From assembly GCA_964016885.1 (NCBI GenBank), contig OZ024744.1:115072001-115136000 (forward strand): DNA of 64,000 nt. The letters are read 5' to 3'. The first letter of the stretch is position 1. Each line of letters begins with the position of its first letter. The stretch comes from Eledone cirrhosa. Its lineage: Eukaryota. The notes below the pieces were generated by a model that saw only the letters and a list, made by a program, of their open reading frames with translations, had not been told where the DNA came from and searched no databases. Made by a program: the position numbers and the translations under genes. Positions 39,001 to 52,999 of the stretch are shown piece after piece.

Positions 39001-42000
39001 TTCACACATCCTCTACATTCAATATCCATGTCTCACTACCATGTAACATACACAGACATCATACAATCTACCCTTCAAACACCCTCTACATTAACTACCC
39101 ACGTCTCACTACCATGTAACATAGACATCATACAATCTACCCTTCACACACCCTCTACATTAACTACACATGTCTCACTACCATGTAACATACACAGACA
39201 TCATACAATCTACCCTTCACACACCCTCTACATTACCTACCCATGTCTCACTACCATGTAACATACACAGACATCATACAATCTACCCTTCACACATCCT
39301 CTACATTAACTACCCATGTCTCACTACCATGTAACATACACAGACATCATACAATCTACCCTTCACACATCCTCTACATTCAATACCCATCTCTCACTAC
39401 CATGTATCATACACAGACATCATACAATCTACCCTTCACACATCCTCTACATTAACTACCCATGTCTCACTACCATGTAACACAGACATCATACAATCTA
39501 CCCTTCACAAATCCTCTACATTAACTACCCATGTCACACTACCATGTAACATACACAGACATCATACAATCTACCCTTCACACATCCTCTACATTAACTA
39601 CCCATGTCACACTACCATGTAACATACACAGACATCATACAATCTACCCTTCACACATCCTCTACATTAACTACCCATGTCACACTACCATGTAACATAC
39701 ACAGACATCATACAATCTACCCTTCACACATCCTCTACATTAACTACCCATGCCTCACTATCATGTAACACAGACATCTTACAATCTACCCTTCACACAT
39801 CCTCTACATTAGCTACTATGTAACATACACAGACATCATACAATCTACCTTTCACACATCCTCTACATTAACTACCCATGTCTCTCTACCATGTAACATA
39901 CACAGACATCATACAAATTACCCTTCACACATTCTCTACATTCAATAACCATGTCTCACTACCATGTAACACAGACATCATACAATCTACCCTTCACACA
40001 TCATCTACATTAACTACCCATGTCTCACTACCATGTAACAAACACAGACATCATACAATCTACCCTTCACACATCCTCTACATTAACGACCCATGTCTGA
40101 CTACCATGTAACATACACAGACATCATACAATCTACCCTTCACACATCCTCTACATTAACTACCCATGGCTCACTACCATGTAACATAGACATTATACAA
40201 TCTACCCTTCACACATCCTCTACATTAACTACCAATGTCTCACTACCATGTAACACAGACATCATACAATCTACCCTTCAAACATCCTCTACATTAACTA
40301 CCCATGTCTCACTACCATGTAACATACACAGACATTATACAATATACCCTTCACATATCCTCTACATTCAATACCCATGTCTCACTACCATGTAACATAG
40401 ACATCATACAATCTACCCTTCACACATCCTCTACATTCAATACCCATGTCTCACTACCATGTAACACAGAAATCATACAATCTACCCTTCATACATCCTT
40501 TATATTAACTACCCATGTTTCACTACCATGTAACATACACAGACATCATACAATCTACCCTTCACACATCCTCTACATTAACTACCCATGTCTCTCTACC
40601 ATGTAACATACACAGACATCATACAATCTACCCCTCACACATCCTCTACATTAACTACGCATGTCTCACTACCATGTAACACAGACATCATACAATCTAC
40701 CCTTCACACATCCTCTACATTAACTACCCATGTCTCACTACCATGTAACATACACAGACATCATACAATCCAACCCTTCACACAGCCTCTACATTAACTA
40801 CCCATGTCTCACTACCATGTAACACAGACATCATAAAATCTACCCTTCACATATCCTCTACATTAACTACCCATGTCCCACTACCATGTAACATACACAG
40901 GCATACAATCTACCCTTCACACATCCTCTACATTAACTACCCATGTCTCACTACCATGTAACACAGACATCATACAATCTACCCGTCACACATCCTCTAC
41001 ATTAACTACCCATGTCACACTACCTTGTAACATACACAGACATCATACAATCTACCCTTCACACATCCTCTACATTAACTACCCATGTCTCACTACAATG
41101 TATCATACACAGACATCATACAATCTACCCTTCACACATCCTCTACATTACCTACCCATGCCTCTCTACCATGTAACATACACAGACATCATACAATCTA
41201 CCCTTCACACATCCTCTACATTACCTACCCATGCTCTCTACCATGTAACATACACAGACATCATACAAGCTACCCTTCACACAGCCTCTACATTAACTAC
41301 CCATGTCTCACTACCATGTAACATAGACATCATACAAGCTACCCTTCACACAGCCTCTACATTAACTACCCATGTCTCACTACCATGTAACATAGACATC
41401 ATACAATCTACCCTTCACATATCCTCTACATTAACTACCCATGTCTCACTACCATGTAACATACACAGACATCATACAAGCTACCCTTCACACATCCTCT
41501 ACATTAACTACCCATGTCTCACTACCATGTAACACAGACATCATTCAATCTACCTTTCACACATCCTCTACATTAACTACCCATGTCTCTCTACCATGTA
41601 ACACATACATCATACAATCTACCCTTCACACATCCTCTACATTCAATATCCATGTCTCACTACCATGTAACATACACAGACATCATACAATCTACCCTTC
41701 ACACATCCTCTACATTCAATATCCATGTCTCACTACCATGTAACATACACAGACATCATACAATCTACCCTTCACACACCCTCTACATTAACTACCCACG
41801 TCTCACTACCATGTAACATAGACATCATACAATCTACCCTTCACACACCCTCTACATTAACTACACATGTCTCACTACCATGTAACATACACAGACATCA
41901 TACAATCTACCCTTCACACACCCTCTACATTACCTACCCATGTCTCACTACCATGTAACATACACAGACATCATACAATCTACCCTTCACACATCCTCTA

Positions 42001-45000
42001 CATTAACTACCCATGTCTCACTACCATGTAACATACACAGACATCATACAATCTACCCTTCACACATCCTCTACATTCAATACCCATCTCTCACTACCAT
42101 GTATCATACACAGACATCATACAATCTACCCTTCACACATCCTCTACATTAACTACCCATGTCTCACTACCATGTAACACAGACATCATACAATCTACCC
42201 TTCACAAATCCTCTACATTAACTACCCATGTCACACTACCATGTAACATACACAGACATCATACAATCTACCCTTCACACATCCTCTACATTAACTACCC
42301 ATGTCACACTACCATGTAACATACACAGACATCATACAATCTACCCTTCACACATCCTCTACATTAACTACCCATGTCTCACTACCATGTAACACAGACA
42401 TCATACAATCTACCCTTCACACATCCTCTACATTAACTACCCATGTCACACTACCATGTAACATACACAGACATCATACAATCTACCCTTCACACATCCT
42501 CTACATTAACTACCCATGCCTCACTATCATGTAACACAGATATCTTACAATCTACCCTTCACACATCCTCTACATTAGCTACTATGTAACATACACAGAC
42601 ATCATACAATCTACCTTTCACACATCCTCTACATTAACTACCCATGTCTCTCTACCATGTAACATACACAGACATCATACAAATTACCCTTCACACATTC
42701 TCTACATTCAATAACCATGTCTCACTACCATGTAACACAGACATCATACAATCTACCCTTCACACATCATCTACATTAACTACCCATGTCTCACTACCAT
42801 GTAACAAACACAGACATCATACAATCTACCCTTCACACATCCTCTACATTAACGACCCATGTCTGACTACCATGTAACATACACAGACATCATACAATCT
42901 ACCCTTCACACATCCTCTACATTAACTACCCATGGCTCACTACCATGTAACATAGACATTATACAATCTACCCTTCACACATCCTCTACATTAACTACCA
43001 ATGTCTCACTACCATGTAACACAGACATCATACAATCTACCCTTCAAACATCCTCTACATTAACTACCCATGTCTCACTACCATGTAACATACACAGACA
43101 TTATACAATATACCCTTCACATATCCTCTACATTCAATACCCATGTCTCACTACCATGTAACATAGACATCATACAATCTACCCTTCACACATCCTCTAC
43201 ATTCAATACCCATGTCTCACTACCATGTAACACAGAAATCATACAATCTACCCTTCATACATCCTTTATATTAACTACCCATGTTTCACTACCATGTAAC
43301 ATACACAGACATCATACAATCTACCCTTCACACATCCTCTACATTAACTACCCATGTCTCTCTACCATGTAACATACACAGACATCATACAATCTACCCC
43401 TCACACATCCTCTACATTAACTACGCATGTCTCACTACCATGTAACACAGACATCATACAATCTACCCTTCACACATCCTCTACATTAACTACCCATGTC
43501 TCACTACCATGTAACATACACAGACATCATACAATCCAACCCTTCACACAGCCTCTACATTAACTACCCATGTCTCACTACCATGTAACACAGACATCAT
43601 AAAATCTACCCTTCACATATCCTCTACATTAACTACCCATGTCCCACTACCATGTAACATACACAGGCATACAATCTACCCTTCACACATCCTCTACATT
43701 AACTACCCATGTCTCACTACCATGTAACACAGACATCATACAATCTACCCGTCACACATCCTCTACATTAACTACCCATGTCACACTACCTTGTAACATA
43801 CACAGACATCATACAATCTACCCTTCACACATCCTCTACATTAACTACCCATGTCTCACTACAATGTATCATACACAGACATCATACAATCTACCCTTCA
43901 CACATCCTCTACATTACCTACCCATGCCTCTCTACCATGTAACATACACAGACATCATACAATCTACCCTTCACACATCCTCTACATTACCTACCCATGC
44001 TCTCTACCATGTAACATACACAGACATCATACAAGCTACCCTTCACACAGCCTCTACATTAACTACCCATGTCTCACTACCATGTAACATAGACATCATA
44101 CAAGCTACCCTTCACACAGCCTCTACATTAACTACCCATGTCTCACTACCATGTAACATAGACATCATACAATCTACCCTTCACATATCCTCTACATTAA
44201 CTACCCATGTCTCACTACCATGTAACATACACAGACATCATACAAGCTACCCTTCACACATCCTCTACATTAACTACCCATGTCTCACTACCATGTAACA
44301 CAGACATCATTCAATCTACCTTTCACACATCCTCTACATTAACTACCCATGTCTCTCTACCATGTAACACATACATCATACAATCTACCCTTCACACATC
44401 CTCTACATTCAATATCCATGTCTCACTACCATGTAACATACACAGACATCATACAATCTACCCTTCACACATCCTCTACATTCAATATCCATGTCTCACT
44501 ACCATGTAACATACACAGACATCATACAATCTACCCTTCACACACCCTCTACATTAACTACCCACGTCTCACTACCATGTAACATAGACATCATACAATC
44601 TACCCTTCACACACCCTCTACATTAACTACACATGTCTCACTACCATGTAACATACACAGACATCATACAATCTACCCTTCACACACCCTCTACATTACC
44701 TACCCATGTCTCACTACCATGTAACATACACAGACATCATACAATCTACCCTTCACACATCCTCTACATTAACTACCCATGTCTCACTACCATGTAACAT
44801 ACACAGACATCATACAATCTACCCTTCACACATCCTCTACATTCAATACCCATCTCTCACTACCATGTATCATACACAGACATCATACAATCTACCCTTC
44901 ACACATCCTCTACATTAACTACCCATGTCTCACTACCATGTAACACAGACATCATACAATCTACCCTTCACAAATCCTCTACATTAACTACCCATGTCAC

Positions 45001-46196
45001 ACTACCATGTAACATACACAGACATCATACAATCTACCCTTCACACATCCTCTACATTAACTACCCATGTCACACTACCATGTAACATACACAGACATCA
45101 TACAATCTACCCTTCACACATCCTCTACATTAACTACCCATGTCTCACTACCATGTAACACAGACATCATACAATCTACCCTTCACACATCCTCTACATT
45201 AACTACCCATGTCACACTACCATGTAACATACACAGACATCATACAATCTACCCTTCACACATCCTCTACATTAACTACCCATGCCTCACTATCATGTAA
45301 CACAGATATCTTACAATCTACCCTTCACACATCCTCTACATTAGCTACTATGTAACATACACAGACATCATACAATCTACCTTTCACACATCCTCTACAT
45401 TAACTACCCATGTCTCTCTACCATGTAACATACACAGACATCATACAAATTACCCTTCACACATTCTCTACATTCAATAACCATGTCTCACTACCATGTA
45501 ACACAGACATCATACAATCTACCCTTCACACATCATCTACATTAACTACCCATGTCTCACTACCATGTAACAAACACAGACATCATACAATCTACCCTTC
45601 ACACATCCTCTACATTAACGACCCATGTCTGACTACCATGTAACATACACAGACATCATACAATCTACCCTTCACACATCCTCTACATTAACTACCCATG
45701 GCTCACTACCATGTAACATAGACATTATACAATCTACCCTTCACACATCCTCTACATTAACTACCAATGTCTCACTACCATGTAACACAGACATCATACA
45801 ATCTACCCTTCAAACATCCTCTACATTAACTACCCATGTCTCACTACCATGTAACATACACAGACATTATACAATATACCCTTCACATATCCTCTACATT
45901 CAATACCCATGTCTCACTACCATGTAACATAGACATCATACAATCTACCCTTCACACATCCTCTACATTCAATACCCATGTCTCACTACCATGTAACACA
46001 GACATCATACAATCTACCCTTCATACATCCTTTATATTAACTACCCATGTTTCACTATCATGTAACATACACAGACATCATACAATCTACCCTTCACACA
46101 TCCTCTACATTAACTACCCATGTCTCTCTACCATGTAACATACACAGACATCATACAATCTACCCCTCACACATCCTCTACATTAACTACACATGA
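33078..46196. repeat. 69/73-bp satellite (~13 kb, ~185 units) with a ~2766-bp higher-order repeat, intron G-H
   Basis: Unit catgtctcactaccatgtaacatacacagacatcatacaatctacccttcacacatcctctacattaactacc. Diagnostic ORFs recur at 39878/42644/45410 and 40873/43639 (step 2766), and at 38176/40873 (step 2697 = 2766-69). Confidence 0.97.
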
Positions 46197-46639
46197 CTAT
46201 AACAATCATATAGAGAATTTGCCACCAGACCAACCAACCTAACAGTCTTGTTTACCTACCTAAGTGCTTCTACTACACCTAACTCTCTGCCACACTATAT
46301 AAACAAGACGCATGTGCTTGCCACACATATAACATTTGCACTATATAACCGCTTATTTTCATGTTGTATTTTAACCTGTATTTTGATTGTATCTTTTAAT
46401 ATGAATGTAATCTCTAAGTGTGTACTGCCACTCTAAATGCTGTAATGAATGTTGACCCACAATATTTGCATATGTATCTGTATGTCTCTTGGGTGAAAAG
46501 GAGGTCATATAAGTGTTCATTCATTAATAAATTGCTCCGAAGAATCCAAACCTCGGTTTTGAGAAAAAGTTGTAAGCATAAAAATGTTTTGAACAGTTCT
46601 TTGATTCTTATATTTCATATATTTCATATAATATATATA

Positions 46640-47510
46640 TATATATATAGTTGTGATGTCACTGGTACCAAGGTGTATCAGACATTACCTTTCTCTTGGA
46701 CAACATCATATATAATATATATAGTATATATATAGTTGTGATGTCACTGGTACCAAGCTGTATCAGACATTACCTTTCTCTTGGACAACTTCATATATAA
46801 TATATATAGTATATATATAGTTGTGATGTCACTGGTACCAAGCTGTATCAGACATTACCTTTCCCTTGGACAACATCATATATAATATATATATAGTATA
46901 TATATAGTTGTGATGTCACTGGTTCCAAGCTGTATCAGACATTACCTTTCCCTTGGACAACATCATATATAATATATATAGTATATATATAGTTCTGATG
47001 TCACTGGTACCAAGCTGTATCAGACATTACCTTACCCTTGGACAACATCTTATATAATATATATATAGTATATATATAGTTGTGATGGCACTGGTACCAA
47101 GCTGTATCAGACATTACCTTTCTCTTGGACAACATCATATATAATATATATAGTATATATATAGTTGTGATGTCACTGGTACCAAGCTGTATCAGACATT
47201 ACCTTTCCCTTGGACAACATCATATATAATATATATAGTATATATATAGTTGTGATGTCACTGGTACCAAGCTGTATCAGACATTACCTTTCCCTTGGAC
47301 AACATCATATATAATATATATAGTATATATATAGTTGTGATGTCACTGGTACCAAGCTGTATCAGACATTACCTTTCCCTTGGACAACATCATATATAAT
47401 ATATATAGTATATATATAGTTGTGATGTCACTGGTACCAAGCTGTATCAGACATTACCTTTCCCTTGGACAACATCATATATATATAGTTGTGATGTCAT
47501 TAGTACCAAG
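46640..47510. repeat. 85/87-bp minisatellite (~10 units) with embedded TA runs
   Basis: ttgtgatgtcactggtaccaagctgtatcagacattacctttcccttggacaacatca recurs at 46651, 46736, 46821 and 46908. Confidence 0.95.
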
Positions 47511-47674
47511 CCTTTGCTCTGGGACAACATAGGTGCCATTCTCTTTGACATCATTGGTGGTATGGAGAGGGGAGACTACTATACATGGGTGACTGTTGAT
47601 CTTCCACAAACAACCTTTGTGTGGCATGTTTCCTACTGCTATCAACCAGCCAGTTTACAGAGTGTACTAGGTGT

Positions 47675-47772
47675 AGGTTAACTTTACCTTTCATCCTTAC
47701 CGGGTCGATAAAATAAAGTACCAGTAATGAACTGGGTAATTGCTGGCCTTGTGCCAAAAGTAGAAACAATTA
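47675..47772 (+). mobile_element. 5'-truncated copy of the 29083 SINE
   Basis: aggttaactttacctttcatccttaccgggtcgataaaataaagtaccagtaatg...gtagaaacaatta. Confidence 0.85.
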
Positions 47773-48045
47773 TGTAGATCACCAAAACTAGGGAGGTTGA
47801 CATGTTTTTGACATGTTCCCCACTCTACTGAGGATATTCTATCATGTCACCAACACTAGGGAGGTTGTCATGTTTTTGACAAAGCCAGTGAGGTCCTCTG
47901 TACCCTCTGTCGACATGGTTTTTGTTTCATCAGCCACTATCTAGGAGGTACCACATGTCCCATCCACTTCTGCTAGAAAGGAGCTCTCTTGATACTGCAC
48001 CATATTTACCTCTATCATTGCTGTATTTCTAATTTATATTTACAG

Positions 48046-48383
48046 GTGGATATAACAACACAGCAACTAAGACAGATTGGCCCATGTTCACACCGGAAGA
48101 TGGGAAGAACCCACCATCAACATCTCAGTCAGATAACCTTATGGTTCATAGAAGATTAAATCAGAATAGTCTTCACACTCCTCATACCACACCAAAAACA
48201 GCAGGCAACACGACACTTTCTGAGCCCCTAAATAAATTCAATAATATTCCAAAGGGAAAGCCATCTATTAGCAATCCTAAATTAACTACAGGAAAACAAA
48301 GCAAAGATAACCATTTATACAAAAGAAGATCAGTAACAGAGGATAGGAGGAGGTTTCTAGCATTACTCAGCAAAAACCCTTGA
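48046..48383 (+). CDS. LEKR1: LEKR1-like terminal coding exon H
   Basis: atttacAG|48046, phase 1, in frame with ORF 48084-48383. Low-complexity S/T/P/K tail ending SVTEDRRRFLALLSKNP*, similar to the recalled LEKR1 C-terminus (SANETRQRLAAILRR). Confidence 0.82.
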
Positions 48384-48503
48384 GAATTGTTCATATTTAA
48401 GGCCAAAAACAAAATTTCAACCAAAAGTACCAAGCTAAACTACAGAGTTGTTTTTTTCTCTTTGTTCTTGTCACAGCATATTTCTAATTAGTTGGTACAA
48501 TGG

Positions 48504-48509
48504 AATAAA
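48504..48509 (+). promoter_or_regulatory. Candidate polyadenylation signal of the LEKR1-like gene
   Basis: AATAAA about 120 nt after the stop, followed by GT-rich sequence; a second AATAAA lies at 48596-48601. Confidence 0.45.
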
Positions 48510-49549
48510 TGTTGATTGTATATAGCTTAATTAGTCTCAGTTTGTTGCTGTATTCTCACATTTTATGTCAGATGTAGCTAGACTGACTCTGAGAAAATAA
48601 AAGCTAAATATGGGTTCTATACAGTCTGACTATCCAACAGTTCCTCCAGTTAACCTTTACCACACTACCTCAGTCCACCTATATATCATATATATATCAT
48701 CATCATTTAATGTCCACTTTCCCTGCTAGCAAAGGTTGGACAGTTCTACATAGACCTAGTACTGAAATGGTGGCTACTGATCTCCCAGACAGGCTGAAGG
48801 GCCTGTTGTCTTGTTTATGTACAGCCTCACATTCCATCAAGTGCACAGAAGTTGTCATGTCTTTGACACAATTGAAGGGTCCTCCCAACCATTTGTTTGG
48901 CAACATTTCAACAGCTAAATGACCTTTCTATCACCAACCACTTTACAAAGTGTACTGGGTGCACTTATTATGTAGATCAGCAAGACTAGAGAGGTTGTTG
49001 TGATCAGCAACACTAGAGAGGTTGTTGTGTTTTTGACTCAACTGAAGGGCCCTCTCAACCCTTTTAGGCATTGCCATCATCATCATTTTTACGTCTACTT
49101 TTCCATGCTTGCATGGGTTGGACTAGGAACTGTGCCAACCTCCAGATGCCAAAACCCAGACCCATAACTCCTTGGAGTAATAAGGGCACGACAGTGATAA
49201 AGTGTTTTGGGGGCATTTTGTTTAAGTCTGGTGAAGCCTTTCCCCTCCCCAGATCTGATTATAGCCAGTTTCTTCCGGGATAAGGAAAAAGAGAAAGTGA
49301 GAAAAAGATATGTGAATCTCAGCAGAGAACTGGAACAAATACTGCAAATCATTCTATCTGATGTTCGAATGACTCTGTCAAGTTGCCACCATTTATATAT
49401 AGTGCCAATTCCCCAAAATTTAAATGTGTACAAGAATTTTATTTATGTATGTGTGTAGAAATAGTTTTTTTTTGTTTCCTGCTACATTAGAAGAAAGATA
49501 TTGACTAGATATGGAGTATTTCACCCAAAGAGTGACACAGACAGATTAT

Positions 49550-49800
49550 ATCATCATCATCATCATCATCACCGTTTTACGTCTGTTCTTCCACTCTAGT
49601 ATGGGTTAGAAGGGTTGTCCTGTTGTGGGCAGTAGCCAGTCGACTGACCTTGTCTTGCTCATATGGGAACTGATTCTGGCTTGATTTCTACAGCTGGATG
49701 CCCTTCCTCACACCAACCTCATTTTCAGTGAGTACTTTACAGTGTGGACTGGGTGCTTTTTTGTTGTGACACCTCCATGAGCACTTTACAGTGGGAGGAG
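49550..49800 (-). mobile_element. RTE-tailed non-autonomous element containing a 48-bp satellite-like unit
   Basis: (cat)n tail and ggatgcccttcc core, then actttacagtgtggactgggtgcttttttgttgtgacacctccatgagcactttacagtggg. Confidence 0.7.
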
Positions 49801-49869
49801 GTGGGGGCATATTGTCTATATGCTTCAGCTTCGGCTTGTACCCGTGGGAAGTCGGGTACTCTGTATTAC

Positions 49870-50385
49870 TGCGTGACGCCAGAGGTTACGGTCGTGTGTC
49901 ATTGCCCTTGAGAGGTGTAGTTGGGTAAGGTCGGCTTTTATCACCTCATCCCAAGTCATCTTCGGTCTCCCCACTCCGCTGTTTCCATCGACTTCTAGTG
50001 CTCTGCACCTTTTATGTAGCTGTCATTCTTCATACGCATCACATGTCCATACCAACGCAACCGCCTCTCCTGCACACAGCATTTGATTCCTCTTATGCTC
50101 AGTCTCTCTCTCAATTCATTTATGTTTTGCCGTTCGCCTATATTACTATTACACATCCATCGGAGCATGCAGGCTTCGTTTCTTTCTAATCTACATAAGT
50201 CTTCCACCTTCAGCGTCCAGGTCTCACTACCATGTAACATTGCTGTTCGTATACACGCATCATACAGTCTGCCTTTCATTTTGAAGGAAAAGCCTTTTGC
50301 AGCTAGCAGTGGTAGTAGCTCCCTGAACTTCTTCCATCCCATTCTTACCCTGGCTATTGTACTTTCAGAACACCCACCTCTGCTG
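49870..50385 (-). mobile_element. RTE-clade LINE ORF2 C-terminal fragment
   Basis: GWKKFRELLPLL..KGFS...KGRLYDACIRTAMLHGSETW...ERRLRWYGHVMRM. Confidence 0.9.
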
Positions 50386-50399
50386 TACCAAGAAAAAGA

Positions 50400-51480
50400 T
50401 TAGGCGGAGGGCTGATGGGGTGTGAAGACAACATTAGAGCAGAAGAAAATATCATGGCATGTTTGATAAAAAAATGCCCCAAAACTGCTATTGTTGCCAA
50501 TATAAAACAAACATTTGAAGATGGATGAAACTGAAAATAGGTGGACAGAAAAAAAGAATGTATGGACAATTCCATAGAGATGTTGAAGATAGGACAGACA
50601 GACAGGAAAAGGGGAGGTAGGATAGCTAAAAGGGATTTAAAACTGGAAACAGAACCCTTAATCAATGCTGCTCAGGAACAAACACTAAAAACTAACTACA
50701 TGAAACATAGAGTAGACTACACAACAGAAAGTGATAAGAGAAGCATGTGTGCCATGACTGGAGAAACTGTGTAGCATATAGTTAAGGGTGGTGGTCAGGC
50801 AGTATCAGTAGAGCGTCAGAAACCATGCTTTGCAGCATAGCTATGGCCCTTTGTGTTCTGAGTTCAAATCCGCCGAGGTTAACTTTGCCTTTCATCCTTA
50901 CGGGGTCGATAAAATAAAGTACCAGTGGTGCACTGGGGTAATCACTGGCCTTGTGCCAGAAGTAGAAACTATATTATCAGTTAATGTACACCACTAGCTC
51001 AGAAAGAATATAAGAGACGTCATGACAACATAACAAGGATAGTCCATGGGGACTTTCTGGCAAGTATGGACTTGACAGAGCAGAAAAATGGTACAAACAT
51101 AACCCTGAGGGCGTTATCGAAATTGATAATGCAAAAATCGTGAGGAATTTAGTGATACAGTTTGGCCAAGAAATGGAGGATAGGAGACCAGACATTGTGA
51201 TAATTGAGAAAGAAAGTAGTGTTGGATCATAGATATAGCCACTCTAGCTGATAACAAGCTATGTGATAAAGAAGGGAAAGTTAATAGATACAACAGGTTA
51301 GCTTGGAAGATTAAGTGGTCACTGAAAAAGGTGGGAGTAATACCAGTAATACTTGAGGTCCTGGGAATAGTAGCATTAAAGAAATAGTGGTTGTAAAACA
51401 GGTGGAGCACTTGCATAACACAGTATTGCTTGGAATAGAATATTCTGGAAGTAGCTTGAAAAATAAGAGGGGTTATCTCA
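50400..51480 (+). mobile_element. R4/Dong-like (restriction-like endonuclease) non-LTR element remnant, interrupted by a SINE
   Basis: LKLETEPLINAAQEQTLKTNY..., decayed CCHC knuckle (C...GETV.HI..CTPLAQKEYKRRHDN), and the RRPDIVII nuclease motif at about 51182. Confidence 0.75.
50787..50975 (+). mobile_element. tRNA-derived SINE (same family as 29083)
   Basis: gttctgagttcaaatccgccgaggttaactttgcctttcatccttacggggtcgataaaataaagtaccagt; short agttaa direct repeat on both flanks. Confidence 0.88.
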
Positions 51481-51554
51481 GTTCACTGGCAGTGAATAAC
51501 AGACACAGTAACACATCTCCAGCATTAGAGGCTGAGCAAATAAAATAATAATAA

Positions 51555-51905
51555 TTGTTTCTACTTTAGGTACAAGGCCAACAATTTGAAGGGGAGGGAG
51601 AAAGTCGATTAAATCAACACCAGTGTATTACTGGTACTTTATTTTATTGAATCTGTAAGGATGAAAAGCAAAGCTGACTTCGGCGAGGTTTGAACACAAA
51701 ACGCAAAGGGACGTAACTCTATGCTGCAAAGCATATTGTCGATGCTCTACTGATTACTGCCAATCTACAGTCTTTAAATTATTTCTGATTTAGGCCCAAG
51801 ACCAGCAATTTGAAGGGAAGGGAGAGTTTATTAAATTGACCCCGATTCATTACTGGTACTTTATTTTATCAACCCCAGTAAGAATAAAAGGCAAAGCTAA
51901 CCCTG
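51555..51905 (-). mobile_element. Two tandem minus-strand copies of the same SINE family (second one partial)
   Basis: actggtacttttattttatt...ggatgaaaagcaaagctgac...tttgaac and a second actggtactttattttatc...aaaaggcaaagct. Confidence 0.8.
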
Positions 51906-52059
51906 ACTGTTGTGTGTGTGTGTTTGTGTGAATAGTCCTTTGTAATTGTGCCTCATTAGTTTTTTTTTATTTTTGAATAAATATAATTTCTTTATTTAAT
52001 CATGTTTGGTCTGTGGTATTATCAAGTTAAAGTGGGAAGACTTGAAATTTGGGAAACTT

Positions 52060-52960
52060 ATTTGTTGCACACAATTGGTATCTCTCTTATGACAGGGTCT
52101 CTAATTGATGACAAAGAAATGTGATTCTGTTTCTAATAGTGAGTTTAGTTTGCCCTATATAGTCTTTCTTACATCCTTTACATCTAATGGCATATATTAC
52201 ATTTTTTGTTGAACAAGTGAAATGACTTTCTACAAAAAATGTTTGTCCTGATTTAAATTTATACATTGTGTCTCGAATCAGATTAAAGCAAGTTTCACAA
52301 TTACGGTGACCACATGTTTTAACTGTTGGTGTTGTGTTTGTGGTGGGTAATTTGGTGCTGGTGAGTAGTTTTTTTAAAGCAATTTTTGGTTGTCTTTTGC
52401 TTTTGATTATTTCATGTGTTTTGAGTGCTATTTTCATTTTCCGCTCTTGTCTCAATAATGGGATATTCTTGTGGATAATGTTGTATGCCTCTGTATTTCT
52501 TGGGTTGTGTGTTGAGATATATGGTAGAATATTGGATGTATCTGAAGTTGTTTTTGTTTTCGAAATTCTTGAATGTCTATTGCTTTAGTTAGTTTTATTC
52601 TGTTCTCTTTTGAGGAGAATTCCTTTAATTCTATGTTTCATAGTTTCAGACAATTGTGCAAATTCTTCTTGCTAGATTAATTGGAATATTTGTCTTCATG
52701 TGTTTTGGATGTTAAAGCCATATTTCAACCTAGAATGTTCATATATCTGGACTTCCAGATATGCCGTGACTAAATTGACATAAACTGGAGTAACTTTTGT
52801 ACCCATTGTAGGACCCAATATTTGTAAATATTACCATTGAAATTTAAAAAAAATTGTTTTGTAGAATGAATTTTAGTCCCCCAGTAATAACATTTTTTTA
52901 AAATTTTTTATTCTTTCCAGGATTTCATTGAAGAGTTTTCCAAGCTAGAATCCTACTGCC
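52060..52960 (-). mobile_element. Penelope-like element remnant (RT fragment, Cys-rich linker, GIY-YIG)
   Basis: LQILGPTMGTKVTPVYVNL..AYLE (PLE RT motif) at about 52760-52830; TCGHRNCETC...NVIYAIRCKGCKKDYIGQT..IRNR in ORF 52087-52455. Confidence 0.85.
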
Positions 52961-52999
52961 TCTAGTCTGTATTTCATTCTCCTTCCTCTTTTCCCCCTC

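Noticed and set aside
30053-46138. Repetitive ORFs in the 45-bp and 69/73-bp arrays
   Set aside because: They are open in several frames or strands only because the monomers lack stops, and they lie within introns of the spliced gene.
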